Assembly: GCF_006345805.1 (NCBI RefSeq)
Contig: NC_043002.1
Span: 41,664,001-41,728,000 of the forward strand
Origin: Octopus sinensis
Taxonomy: Eukaryota
Length of the DNA stretch: 64,000 nt
Direction of reading: 5' to 3'
Of the stretch, positions 13,601-25,454 are shown one piece after another (positions within the stretch are counted from its first letter, which is position 1; each line of letters opens with the position of its first letter). The notes beneath the pieces were generated by a model that was not told the origin of the DNA, did no database searches, and saw only the letters and a program-made list of their open reading frames with translations. The position numbers and the translations under genes are program-made.

Positions 13601-13664
13601 CGAGGTCTGACGAGACGTCCGTTGGGCCAAGCTCTTTATGGATGCGAAACCATTGGTCACTCTA
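13601..13664 (+). ncRNA. Minimal type I hammerhead ribozyme motif (Penelope/retrozyme-like)
   Basis: Core CTGACGA at 13607-13613; stem II hairpin 13614-13645 (gacgtccgttgggc-caa-gctctttatggatgc, several G.U pairs); GAAA at 13646-13649; short near-palindromic stem III (ACCATTGGT); cleavage triplet GTC at 13656-13658; weak stem I (cgaggt / actcta). Confidence 0.7.
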
Positions 13665-14940
13665 TAACCGGACATAGACTTAACTGCATATAAAATATAT
13701 TACTGCTCTATGCTTTAGAGTGTGCTTCTCTTCCAGGTATATAATACACTGATGGTAGTTATATATATGTGTGTGACTTTGTGTTTGTTCCCCCACCATC
13801 GCTTGGCAACCGATAGAATTAGTACTAGTCTTATAAAGAATAAGTCCTGGGGTCGATTTCTACAACTAAAATAAAATTTTTAATGCGTTGTTCAAGCATG
13901 GCCGCAGTAAAATGACTGAAACAAGTAAAACAATAAAAGAATATGCGTGCGTGTGCGTAAGTTTGCCCCTCATCTCCACTTGACTACCGTGCAACATAGC
14001 AGTTCGACCAAAGGGTCTGATGGAATACGTAGCGGACTTCAAAAAATTGAATATTTAGGTCAATTTGTTCGACTAAAATCCTTTAAGGCAGTGTCCCAGT
14101 ATGGCCACAGTCCAATGGCTTAAACAAATAAGAGAAGACAAGCAAAGAAGATAGTATTTTAAATGTTCCAGCAAACATTGGAGAAAAGTTTTGATTCGTT
14201 TCACATATTTAGATGCGAAAATCTGCATATCTGTTGAGACTTAATTACCGAAAGAATTGACCGAACGCGATATTAATAATGTAGTCCTTGATACGAATCT
14301 TGTTAAGTCTCTTCCAACTACTTCAAGTATTTCAAATTTTCACCAATTTTGTTTTTTACATATTCTACATTTTTATTATTAATTTCTAGAAAAGAAAGGA
14401 AAAAATAAAGAATGCAACTTTCATCATCAGCATGCAAGACTAAATGTTTTTGAAAATAATCTGATGAAAATTTTAAATATTTCAAGTGGTTGGAAGAAAT
14501 TGAAGAAGATCCATTGATAACCCCTAAATTCATTGGATGGTCGTGGTTAGAGTAGCTTTGATCATTAAGTGTTTGCAATCCGGACCGACTTCAGTTTATA
14601 ACGATTTTACGTTTTGAATTCAAATCATGCCGAGGTCAATGTTGCCTTACATTGTTCGAGGTCGATAAAATTCAATTCAAATACGAGTATTGAAGTAGAT
14701 TTATATTCCTATCATGCATTCTGAACGGAGAACTGGCAGAATCCTTAAACACGCCGGGCAAAAATGCTAAGCGGCATTTTGTGTTCCATCATTCCATTCT
14801 GTGACTTCAAATTCCATCGAGGTCAACTTTGCTTATCATTCCTTTCGGAGTCGATGAAATAAGTACAAGTCAAGTTCCAAAATTTCAGGCCTTGTGCCTA
14901 TTGGAGAAAGGATTGTAAACGTGAATGGAATTGTAATAAA

Positions 14941-15449
14941 CTAGCAGTATCGCCCGGCGTTGCTCGGGTTTGTAAGGGAAATAACTATATAAGCATTTTT
15001 AGAAAGTTACTTCCCTTATAGATGCCAATTCGGGCTTTCTTAGCCATTTCTGTTTTGGTGTCTTCAAGCCATGAAGTCGTTGTTCTAAAAGAACGCTGGT
15101 CTCCTTGACAACGCTTTACGACGTTGATTTCCTTACACTCCCTTCCCCACAGCTTCACGAGGGAGGGAAGAAGGGGGAGAAGCAAACAGGTGCAGGTGTG
15201 ACCATGGACGCCAACTCCGCCGCCATCGACACACGAAAAATTATGCATTAAAATGGAATAAAAAATGTTAAATTATTTTAAAAATCGTAGACTCATCTAG
15301 ACGCGCGCTAATACTCAGACGGGCTCGATATGAATCACGACTATAAGATACCCGAATTTGGTTAAACTGCACCGCAAAATGTGGGAGGAGTTAGGAATCT
15401 AAATCGTAGGTGACAGACACTCACACAACTACAGTTATATATATATAGA
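14941..15449 (-). mobile_element. Non-autonomous Helitron, complete ends (~509 bp)
   Basis: The minus strand begins A|TCtatatatata and ends with a GC hairpin (cccgagc-aac-gccggg), 8 nt, then CTAG|T. It is inserted between A and T with no TSD, which are canonical Helitron termini. Confidence 0.85.
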
Positions 15450-16104
15450 TGACAGGACATTGAACTAAGTAAAATGGTCGACTATTTTATCATAATCGCA
15501 ACCTATAATTCATTTTCACTATCCGGGCTGTGAGACCGGCTCAGCTTGTGGCTTATGGTCTTATAAAATTGCAAGGTTGATTATATCCAATTCGCTTTTA
15601 TTACCTTCAGTTCTTTGATTAAAAATAGAAAAATGAAAACGTTTCGTCATAAATAACTGTCAGAGTCTTTACAATTACGATTTAAACACCAGCTAAACAT
15701 AATTAATAAGAAAAATAGTCGTTCCTCTAAACGTCTTCTAAATTCTTGATTATTTTTTTAATCTTTAAAATCAATTGAAATTACATATATTGTGTTGTTC
15801 ATTATTAGAATTATTGTCGCGAAAAGGTTGACAATAGAGCTGTAGCATTGCTTTCATTGTATTTAGAATCGGCACACTTCTTCACACACTCATTTAGTCA
15901 ACTTTTTCAGTGTCTATCGTTTACTCTCTCTTTCGTCTACGGTCAAGTTTTCGCTCATCAGTTCGTCAACTCTCTCATTCTTTCACCTCCCCTCCCCCAG
16001 CGTGCACTTCATTTACGATTCCGCTCTTAGCTTATGAAGAGAAACCATAAATAGTATCTTGACGTGCTAGAAATAGCAGCTAAATCTCTCTTTAATAACA
16101 TCTT

Positions 16105-16340
16105 ACCTATTTCTTTACTACCCACAAGGGGCCAAACACAGAGAGGACAAACAAAGACAGGCAAACGGATTAAGTCGATTATATCGACCCAGTGCATAAC
16201 TGGTACTTATTTAATCGACCCGGAAAGGATGAAAGGCAAAGTCAACCTCGGCGGAATTTGAACTCAGAACGTAACGGCAGACGAAATACGGCTACGCATT
16301 TCGCCCGGCGTGCTAACGTTTCTGCCAGCTCGCCGCCTTA
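16105..16340 (-). mobile_element. tRNA-like SINE family 'C', CpG-intact copy
   Basis: Minus strand ggcggcgagctggcagaaacgttagcacgccgggcgaaatgcg...ctgagttcaaattccgccgaggttgactttgcctttcatcc. Decayed copies at ~14730-14915, 25730-26085, 28040-28260, 28905-29115, 35820-36030, 49900-50260, 51960-52180, 55500-55670. Confidence 0.85.
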
Positions 16341-16946
16341 GGGCGTGGCTGTGGGGTTAAGAAGCTTGCTTCCCAACCATGTGGGTTGACGGGAACTGAA
16401 AGAAGCCTATCATGTATGTGTGTGGTTGTGCCACACAACCGCTTGACAGCCGATGTTTGTTTGCTTACGTCCCTGTAAATTAGGATTTCGGGAAAAAGGA
16501 GACCAACAAAATAAGTAACAGGATTTTAAAAAAATAAATACTAAGGTTGATTTGTTCAACTTACCCTTTCATGGCGGTGCCCCAGCACGGCCGCAATCCT
16601 ATGACTGAAACAAGGAAGCAAGTTAAAAGAAGAAACTCAACAGCTGGAACGCTGCTTTTCACCAGTTCGTTCGAGGGCTGCCCGTGGTTTCTGTTAACAA
16701 AAACAACCATGAGAGCACGCAAAAGCTGATTCCATCTCTTTGTATCTTGTGCGTACGTGCTCAACTACACATTCGCCCATTAAAACGAGCATTTTCGCAC
16801 TGATCCTCAAACTTCGTTCACACCACCTCATTGGCTCGAAGAACTTATTTATTTTATTATCAGGTTTATTATCCTGATGGCTACTCTGTTTTTATTGCAA
16901 CGGTGCGTATCTAATAAATTTCACGCCGCCTTTACCTTATGAACTA

Positions 16947-16963
16947 ATGTGTGTGTATGTGTC

Positions 16964-17052
<89 letters not shown>

Positions 17053-17465
17053 GTGTGTGTATGTATATATATATGTGTGTGTATGTATATATATATGTGT
17101 GTGTATGTATATATATATGTGTGTGTATGTATATATATATGTGTGTATGTATATATTTATATGTGTGTATGTATATATATATATATTTATGTGTGTATGT
17201 ATATATGTGTGTGTGTGTGTATGTATATATATATGCGTGTGTGTGTGTATGTATATATATATGCGTGTGTGTGTGTATGTATATATATGTGTGTGTGTAT
17301 GTATATATATATGTATGTGTGTGTATGTATATATATATGTATGTGTGTGTATGTATATATATATATGTATGTGTGTATATATATGTATGTATGTAAGTGC
17401 GTGTGTATACATGTATTGTGTGCATTCATGCACGCACATACATCATGTATGTATATTATATATAC
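16947..17465. repeat. ~520-bp compound (TA)n/(CA)n/(TG)n micro/minisatellite
   Basis: (TA)n, then (CA)~30, then a higher-order array of ATATATAT-GTGTGTGT-AT units. Confidence 0.95.
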
Positions 17466-17499
17466 ACAACTAGAAACAATCTTTCTTGTTATCTGGTTA

Positions 17500-18167
17500 T
17501 GTATGTATTCACCAATTTAATTTATTTCTTCGCACATTTACTTGTATTAGTCACAAGTTTATCTTTTAGATTCATACACGATTTATTGATTATTAATTGA
17601 CTGATTTGGTGTCCATATTTCTCTCTGATTCTTTTATTCTCTCTCTCTTTCTCTGGCTATCTCTTTATCTCATCACCCACTCCCCCGTTATTGCTATAAT
17701 CGTAAATTTAACTCGTTTGGATAATGACTGTGTATGTGTGGATGATATTTAGTTATTAATGCTCGTCTTGGCGTGTTTATTCTGATACTGGATATCTTTG
17801 ATGAGATTACCCCGATGGTATCTTTAAAAGATTGCACTTTAATACTGTTATGATGTGATGCCGATTGCAGATAACTACCTAGCTTTCGTGTTTTCTCCGT
17901 ACTTTTGTTTTTGCTTTTTTTTTGTTGTTTCTCAAGTTCTCTTTCATTCGTCGTCGTCCCCCCCCCCTATCATTTTCTATCTCTTTCGTTAATATCTCTT
18001 CGTTAATTTCTCCGCTCTCATTCATTCGTTCATTCTTTCTTTGTCTCACACACACACACACACACATCAAACACACTCACTCACGCGCGGACACACACAC
18101 ACACACACATACACAAGCACACACACACACAAGCACACACACACACACGCACACACACACAAGCACA

Positions 18168-18206
<39 letters not shown>

Positions 18207-18850
18207 CTTTTATTACTTTGGGGGTTAGAGTTGATAATAGAATTTTAAACAGTGTTGATATTTAGAGAAATTATTTTTGTGTCAGTTTTATAGTCGTTCC
18301 ACAGACGCGTTCCAAATTTCTATTTAATGCACGAAATTTTTAAAGTATTTATTTCTTGTCATCTTGTTGTTACTATTCTTGTTATTTCTGCTGCAGTTAA
18401 TTTCTCTTGGTTTAAAACAGATTTTGATGAATCCATTAAAAATGCTATTATTTTTTTTTAACGTATATAATTTTTTTTTTGTTTCTTTCATGAAAAATAA
18501 AAAAAGATGAATGAATATTTGCGATGGGCTCGCCGAATATATTTTTCATAGAATTTTGCACAATCACAAATGCGTGAACACACTAAAAACTTATGCACAC
18601 GTAAAATTATATGATAAACGCTAAACGTTCGTTTTTAATGGCAAATTTTCTCTTTGTCTTTGAAAAATAAACCGTTATTTCGATCAATTTATTATAGTAA
18701 AGATCGTAAGTTATAGATAGGTTCTTGATTAGTTAAGTTATCTGTTTATTTACAAAGAAAGGGTAAATTTGTAAATTAATTTTGTGAAATTAATTCTTAA
18801 TTTCTTGAAATTATCTCCCTTTTTCTTTGAGTGTTTCGTTAATTATCTCG
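17500..18850 (+). promoter_or_regulatory. CpG-retaining region; candidate promoter / non-coding first exon of the LRP4-like gene
   Basis: Unique sequence with frequent CG, ending abruptly near 18.85 kb; a consensus donor AGATC|GTAAGT follows 18705 with no in-frame ATG upstream in the phase-1 frame. Inference only. Confidence 0.35.
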
Positions 18851-19570
18851 AGTTTTTTTTTTTTTTAATTTCTCCAACAAAACCAGGAATTTTAATTAAC
18901 CTATAAAATTTAATTGATATGTCATTACAATCAATAAATACTGACGCACTCATGTGAATGTGCTTACCTGAATTTTGTTTCCTCATAACTTTCAGAAAAT
19001 AGGTATTTTTTTAATTGAAGTTTACTACAAATACCCTTCCAATGGTACAGATTTCAATCACATCAGAATTTAATGTGAAAAATAGAGAAAGAAATTCATG
19101 GCCACACATGCATTCTTTGAAAAAGTTGTGTGATGTGTGTCAATATGTATAAGTTTGTGTCCACCAATTACTTTTCTTTTTTGTTTTTAATTATCTGTTG
19201 AAAATTTCATTAAAAAATAACCATTTCCCTGAAAGTTATGAGGGAGCAAAGTCATGAGTGGGGCTCACTTATACAGTTATACCAAAATACCTTAGTAAGC
19301 TTTTAACTTTTATACATATAAAGTAGCAAAGTGTTTCATATATTTTAAATATATAGAGAGTAACTCTCAGATGATTGTTGAAAAATCCATAAATTCCCAA
19401 AATGGATTATATATATAGAGGTGGCTGTGTGGTAAGAAGCTTGCTTCTTGACTACATAGTTCCAGGTTGAGTCCCACTGTCTAGCACCTTGGGCAGATGT
19501 ATTCTACTATAACCTCAGGCCGACCAAAGCCTTGTGAGTGAATTTGGTAGATGGAAACTGAAAGAAGCCC

Positions 19571-19618
<48 letters not shown>

Positions 19619-19628
19619 CATACATGTA

Positions 19629-19688
<60 letters not shown>

Positions 19689-19916
19689 CACACATGTATG
19701 TATTTGTGTGCCTGTGTTTGTCTCTCCACCATCGTTTGACAACCAATGTTGGTATGTTTACATCCTCGTAACTTAGTTTGGCAAAGAGACTGATAGAATA
19801 AGTACTAGACTTACAAGAAATAAATCCTGGAGTTGATTTGTTCAACTAAAGGCAGTGCTTCAACATGTCCACAGTCAGATGACTGAAATAAGTAAAAGAC
19901 TAAAAGACTACATATA

Positions 19917-20449
19917 TTGGGTCATCACATAAATAATGTTTTTTTTATACTTCTTTCATTTTTCAAAATTAAGATAAACAAAGTTCTTTTTTTAATCTAA
20001 AATATACTCTCCTTCATTTTCTACAATGTTCTTCCATATATCTGGTAGACCTGCAAGGGCCCTCTTCCAAAATTCCCCTGTCCGAGACAAAAAAATACTA
20101 TTCTGACCTTGTCTACAGAATCCATATTTTTTCCATCCAAATGATTTTCTGGAACTGCTTATTGTCAGATCTCCATATACTGCATTAATATTCCTTGTAC
20201 TTTCTGTTGCATTGCTGCCTCTATTGAACTCATAAAGCAAAATATGCTGAATATACTCCTTTGTCACTTCCATTATAGCTTTGAAAAATAACTGTTAAAA
20301 TTGCACTGCACTCTTCAAAACTTGCACTAAGAATAAGGACATGGTAAAATTACTACCTGCTTTTATAGCAGGTTGATGCAGCTAGTTTATCCCGTCCCCC
20401 TCCGACTTTTGGTTCATGCAATTGAAAAAGCTGCATTACTTATGTGATG

Positions 20450-20455
<6 letters not shown>
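19917..20455 (-). mobile_element. Internally deleted mariner element
   Basis: TIRs ttgggtcatcacataaataatg / cattacttatgtgatgacccta, each flanked by TA. ORF 19992-20273 joins a mariner transposase N-terminus (MEVTKEYIQHILLYEFNRGSNATESTRNINAVYG) to its C-terminus (FWKRALAGLPDIWKNIVENEGEYILD); the DD34D core is missing. Confidence 0.9.
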
Positions 20456-20495
<40 letters not shown>

Positions 20496-20540
20496 CATAA
20501 ATATATACACACATACATATATATATACACACATATATAT

Positions 20541-20788
20541 ATTGATAAAAATGGTAAGACAACAAAAGAATGAAAGAGACATTGGTATTATGTAAATAGA
20601 GGAATTTATCTGTAAATGTAATGTGTGACAATTATTCGGTAGCCATGATAAAACTCTGAGTTTCGCGTGTCAGGGATTTATTATGGCTACTGAATAATTG
20701 TCACATATTACATTTACTGATAAATTCCTCTATTTACATAATATCGAGTTCTCTTTCATTCTTTTGTTGTCTTACCATTTCTATCAAT
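20541..20788. repeat. Long fold-back palindrome (~110-bp arms, ~24-nt loop) between TA runs
   Basis: attgataaaaatggtaagacaacaaaagaatgaaagag...tagccatgataaa is the near-perfect reverse complement of tttattatggcta...ctctttcattcttttgttgtcttaccatttctatcaat. Confidence 0.9.
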
Positions 20789-21904
20789 ATATATATAGGC
20801 ATTGCCGTGCATAAGAAGTTTGCCTCTCAACCACATGGTATTTATTTGAATTATATAGATATGTGACTCAAAGAAATCCGAGTTATAATTTATCAAACCA
20901 GATGCTGTGAGCATCTATCTAATCTCTCTTTTATCAGTTGAAAAAAAAAAAAAAGACTAAAACATTCTTCTTCACCTGCGTCGAAATGAGGATGATGGTG
21001 ATGATAATGGTGTTGAGGAGAACTTTCATCACCAGAAAGTTTGGCGTCACAAAGATTACCCATCTGTTAAAAACTTTGCAATAGCAAAACTGGAAGCAGT
21101 TTATGTAAGGCCCAAACATGGAACATAAACAAATAAATTCTTCTCCTAAAAGTGATCTCTTTTTGTAGTCACTTAACCTACTTTGGTGGTAGCCTGACTT
21201 GATCTGCTTCAGATCATGCCTTAACTGCATCTTAGGATATGTTTGATAGATAATATGGTCCTAATTTCCCTTCTGACTTCCTTTTACAGGAATTAGAAAA
21301 ACTGAAGGACCACTGCAATATGTGTGTGAATCTGAGAGGAGAATATGTTCAATAAAATCATAATTAACTGATCCTCCTGTATTTTCTTTTACCCAAAGCC
21401 AGGAACTTTTCAAGCACCCCCTCATAGTTTGGTTTGCTTTCATAGCATGCTAGGAGGTAGGTGCTGAAAAGTTCCTGCCTTTGAGGGTATTGTGAAAGGC
21501 CTGGTTGGAAGCCCAACCTTCTGAGTTCTTTTATGGGGCTTAGAAAAGTTAAAGGACTACTGCAATAAGTGTATGAATCTAAGAGGGGAATATGCTCAAT
21601 AAAATCATAATTAACTGATCCCTCTGTATTTTTTTTTTATCAAAAGCCAGGAACTTTTCAGCACCCCCAACCCCGTGTATAGTTCTTAAAAAAGATGGCA
21701 TGTTCACAGCTGGAATGCCTTTGATCATAAGTCTGATCAATAAGCGCTGACCTGAGGTTAAACAACAACCACAGGTCAACTGAGGCTTATACTTGTTTAC
21801 CCCCCCCCCCTTATCTCTTACTTGTTTCAATCATTGGACATTGGCCATGCTAGAGTACTACTTTGAAGGGGTTTTAGTCAAACAACTTGACCCCAGTATT
21901 TTTG

Positions 21905-21952
<48 letters not shown>

Positions 21953-24204
21953 AAAAGCCTGCTATTTAATCTGTCAGTCTCTTTTACCAAGCCACTAAGT
22001 TATGGGGAGGCAGACAGGCCAACACCTGTAGTAAAGTGGTGTGCAACGACACAGACACACACACACACACACACACACACAGGATATGCTTCTTTCGGTT
22101 TCCATCTGCCAAATTTACTCACCAATTTAACCCTGGAGCTATAGTAGTAGGCACTTGCCTGAGTTGTAATGCAGTGGGACTGAACCAAGAACCATGTGGT
22201 TCGGAAATAAACAGCTTACCACACAGCCACGCCCACACCTTTGTTTATTATTTTTATTTACTTATTTTATGTATTTATCTAAGATCTCTAAAAAATTCTG
22301 ACTTTATATTTATCATTGACTCATGGGAAATAAAATAAAGTTTGATTTAGATGAAAGTGTATCATTAGAGTTTACTGGCTTTGTTTTTTCTTTTCCTTTA
22401 TATCTATCTATCGTTTGATATATATATATATATATATATATTTGTAATTATAAAATCATCTGGTTCAATAAATTATAAAATAACAGTGACCTTTTAAAAC
22501 TATAACTATTTTCTTTTACTAATTGTTATTTTAAAGGGTTAAAACAAAGACATTTTTAAACAAAAAGAATTACACAAACTCGAACTAATACAGGAGCTGT
22601 GTTCTCTAAAGTAAAAGCAATTATGTTGCTTGATATTTTGAAATGTTATTCTGGATTTTTTTTTTTTTTTTTTGTTATTTTATCTTTCTGGAATTATCAT
22701 TTTATTCTATTTTTTATGTTTTTTTCCTCTGCTAAGAAAGAAAATTAAGTTAAAACTTTTTTTTATTTTAATTTTTTTTTTGTTAAAATTATGTATGCAA
22801 GATCTCCCTCCTGACAAGAAACTTCACTAATACTGTTCTGTAAAATAATTTTCAGTTTTCAAATTCTTTCTGAAGAGTTTTCAACCTGTAATTGGGTGTA
22901 AGACACCAGGTGTTCCATTGTTGACTTAACCTTGATTGAATAAATACTCGTTTTTTTTTTTTCCCTTTATATATATATATATATTTTTTATTTTGTTACA
23001 TTTCTTTCCCCACCCCCACCCCCACCCCATCCACAATACAACCAACCTCCTCAAGCTACATGAAAGTAGTACTTCATATCAAAGCATGGCAACAATTTCA
23101 GTTGGAATAAACCTCATCATTAACTGGAAATAATTTATTCGGAAATCAAGTCACGGTGATATAGAGAGCAACACAAAGCAGTTCCTGTTCTTTTTTTATA
23201 TATATATTTTTTTGTTTTGTTTTCTTTCTTTGTTACATTTTTTGGGTTTGAGTGAATCAATATGCTGTTTCCAACAATATATTTCCTGGCCAGACACCAA
23301 CTATAGCAGTTATTTCTAAACAGAGAGTGGCAAAAGATTCTAGATATGAACCCATTAGGTTTCACAAACTTCAATCTTTTATCAAATGGCTGTTTATTTT
23401 GGAATTTGTTGTGTAGGGGGAATCTTGGAGAGTCTTTTTTTTTTCTTTCTTTTTAATGAATTGTGTCAGATCTAATCAGTAAACATCTCACGTGATGTTT
23501 TCCTTGTCTTGTCCGGATTACACATTTTTTTTTTCTTTTCTTTTCTAGTTAGCTGTTTTAGGAAAATAATGTCTCGATGGAATGTAATGGATCTTCCTTA
23601 GAGAAAAAAATGGGGAAAAGAAGGAGTGGAATAAATGTTGTGTGGAAATTGATGCAATTCATTTTGTGTTTAAAAGTGATTGAGATTAGTAATTGCTCAA
23701 AACATATTGCTGGGTAGTGAGGGGTTTTAAAAAAGTAACAATGGAATTCTGGTGAGGATAATTCACGTGTATTGATTGGCGTGAGTTTCTAGAGAAGGTG
23801 CAGGTGTGGTTGTTGCTTCTGATCCATATGGTTCAAAGTTCATTCCCACTGTGGCACCTTGGACTAGTGTCTTCTATTAATAGCCTTGGGCTGACCAAAG
23901 CCTTATGAATGGATTTGGTAGATGGAAACTGAAAGAAACCTGTCATATGTATGTTCATTCATTCGTTCATTTTTTAAATTTAGAGTAAATTTTGACTGAC
24001 CGCCTACTTGGTAGCAAGATTGTAAAGGAAAGCATCTTGCTTTGTTCATCATCCTTTAAGTCTTAAGAAGGTTTTGTAGATTTTTATAGTCCCAAATATT
24101 ATAATCATCTTGTAGTTTATGAATTAAGGATTTGCATTCACTCTGCAAGAACCCAACTTCAGCCATACTTTGCTCCAGACAAGTTGGTATATATGCAGTT
24201 GCTC

Positions 24205-25422
24205 TAATAATAATAATAATGATGCTGAAAATGTATCATGGGTACTAAATTTGTCCTGCTTTTCATTCACTGAATAATACACTGATAAAATTTTTTTGAA
24301 GTTTCACTGAATAAATACATCATCATCATCATCATCATTTAATGTCTTCTATTTTCCATGTTTGCATGGGTCAAACAAAATCTGTTGAGGCAAATATTCT
24401 ATGGCTGGATGCCTATCCTGTCACCAACCATCACATGTTTCCTAGCAAGAATTATTTCCCATGATCAAATGTGTGTGTGTGTGTTACTGTCTCCTTGCCT
24501 TGATATTGTGTGATAGCTGTAAATGAGTGTTATCCTCTTTGCAAGCTGTGTCTTTTGTTTCCAATATTCTGTGAAAACATATCTAGTCATGGGAAAATAT
24601 TGCCTTGCTTGGAAACAGTTAAGGGTTAATGGTAGGAAGTGACATCTATCTAGAAAATTTGCATCAACAAATTTCATCCAACTGAATGCGAACATGGGAG
24701 AGTGGGCATTAAAATGGTGAAGATGATTTTGAAGAAATATATGGACGTGTGTGTGTGTGTGTGTGCGTGTGTGTATGCATGCATGTGTGTGTGAATGCCT
24801 GCGTGCAGCGAGGGGTTTTGTTTTTCGTTTACTGCCAATATTGACTTACTTCAAGCTAAAATGGTACAAATGCTGAAAGCTGGCCATTGCCCAGAAAAGT
24901 TTTATTTGAAAATAAAAAGTTCTATGATAGAATCTTCAAAAAACACCAGATGTAACCTATCTCACTGCACCCCCCCACTCACCCAGCCAATGCCATGTTA
25001 AGTCCTCATGACTGTATTAGTTTTGCAGTCATTGTTATTATTATTACTCTTCTTAGTGGGTTGAGTTATTAATGGTTGACTAAATTCGTAAATGTTGAGA
25101 CATCACTCTTGGAGTATCACTTTTACCAAAAGTGAAATTCCTTGTAAATTGATAACTTTCAACTTTAGTAAACAATTAGTTATTTTCTTTATCGTCTCTT
25201 GCTTTTTAGATTCTCTTTGTTTTAATGTTGTCTGTGAGAATAGTTTGTAGGTTAACTATGAATTCCTTTCTTTCTTGAAGAGGCATCTAGTCAATCTCAG
25301 AAACAGTTAAACTGAAGTAGTTTATATAGCTGGTAATACATGTATGTGTATATATATATACACACACACAACACACACACACACATACATATATATAAAG
25401 AGAATGTGCTGTGATATATAAC

Positions 25423-25454
<32 letters not shown>

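Noticed and set aside
16937-17520. Six long ORFs (up to 189 aa) of H/T/Y/I or C/V/Y/M
   Set aside because: Translations of a stop-free dinucleotide array. The same applies to the many [12 protein letters not shown] ORFs across the window.
18327-18493. Signal-peptide-like ORF MHEIFKVFISCHLVVTILVISAAV...
   Set aside because: Hydrophobic, but I found no phase-1 GT donor to join it to the LA exon and it stops after ~55 codons; AT-rich DNA readily yields such peptides.
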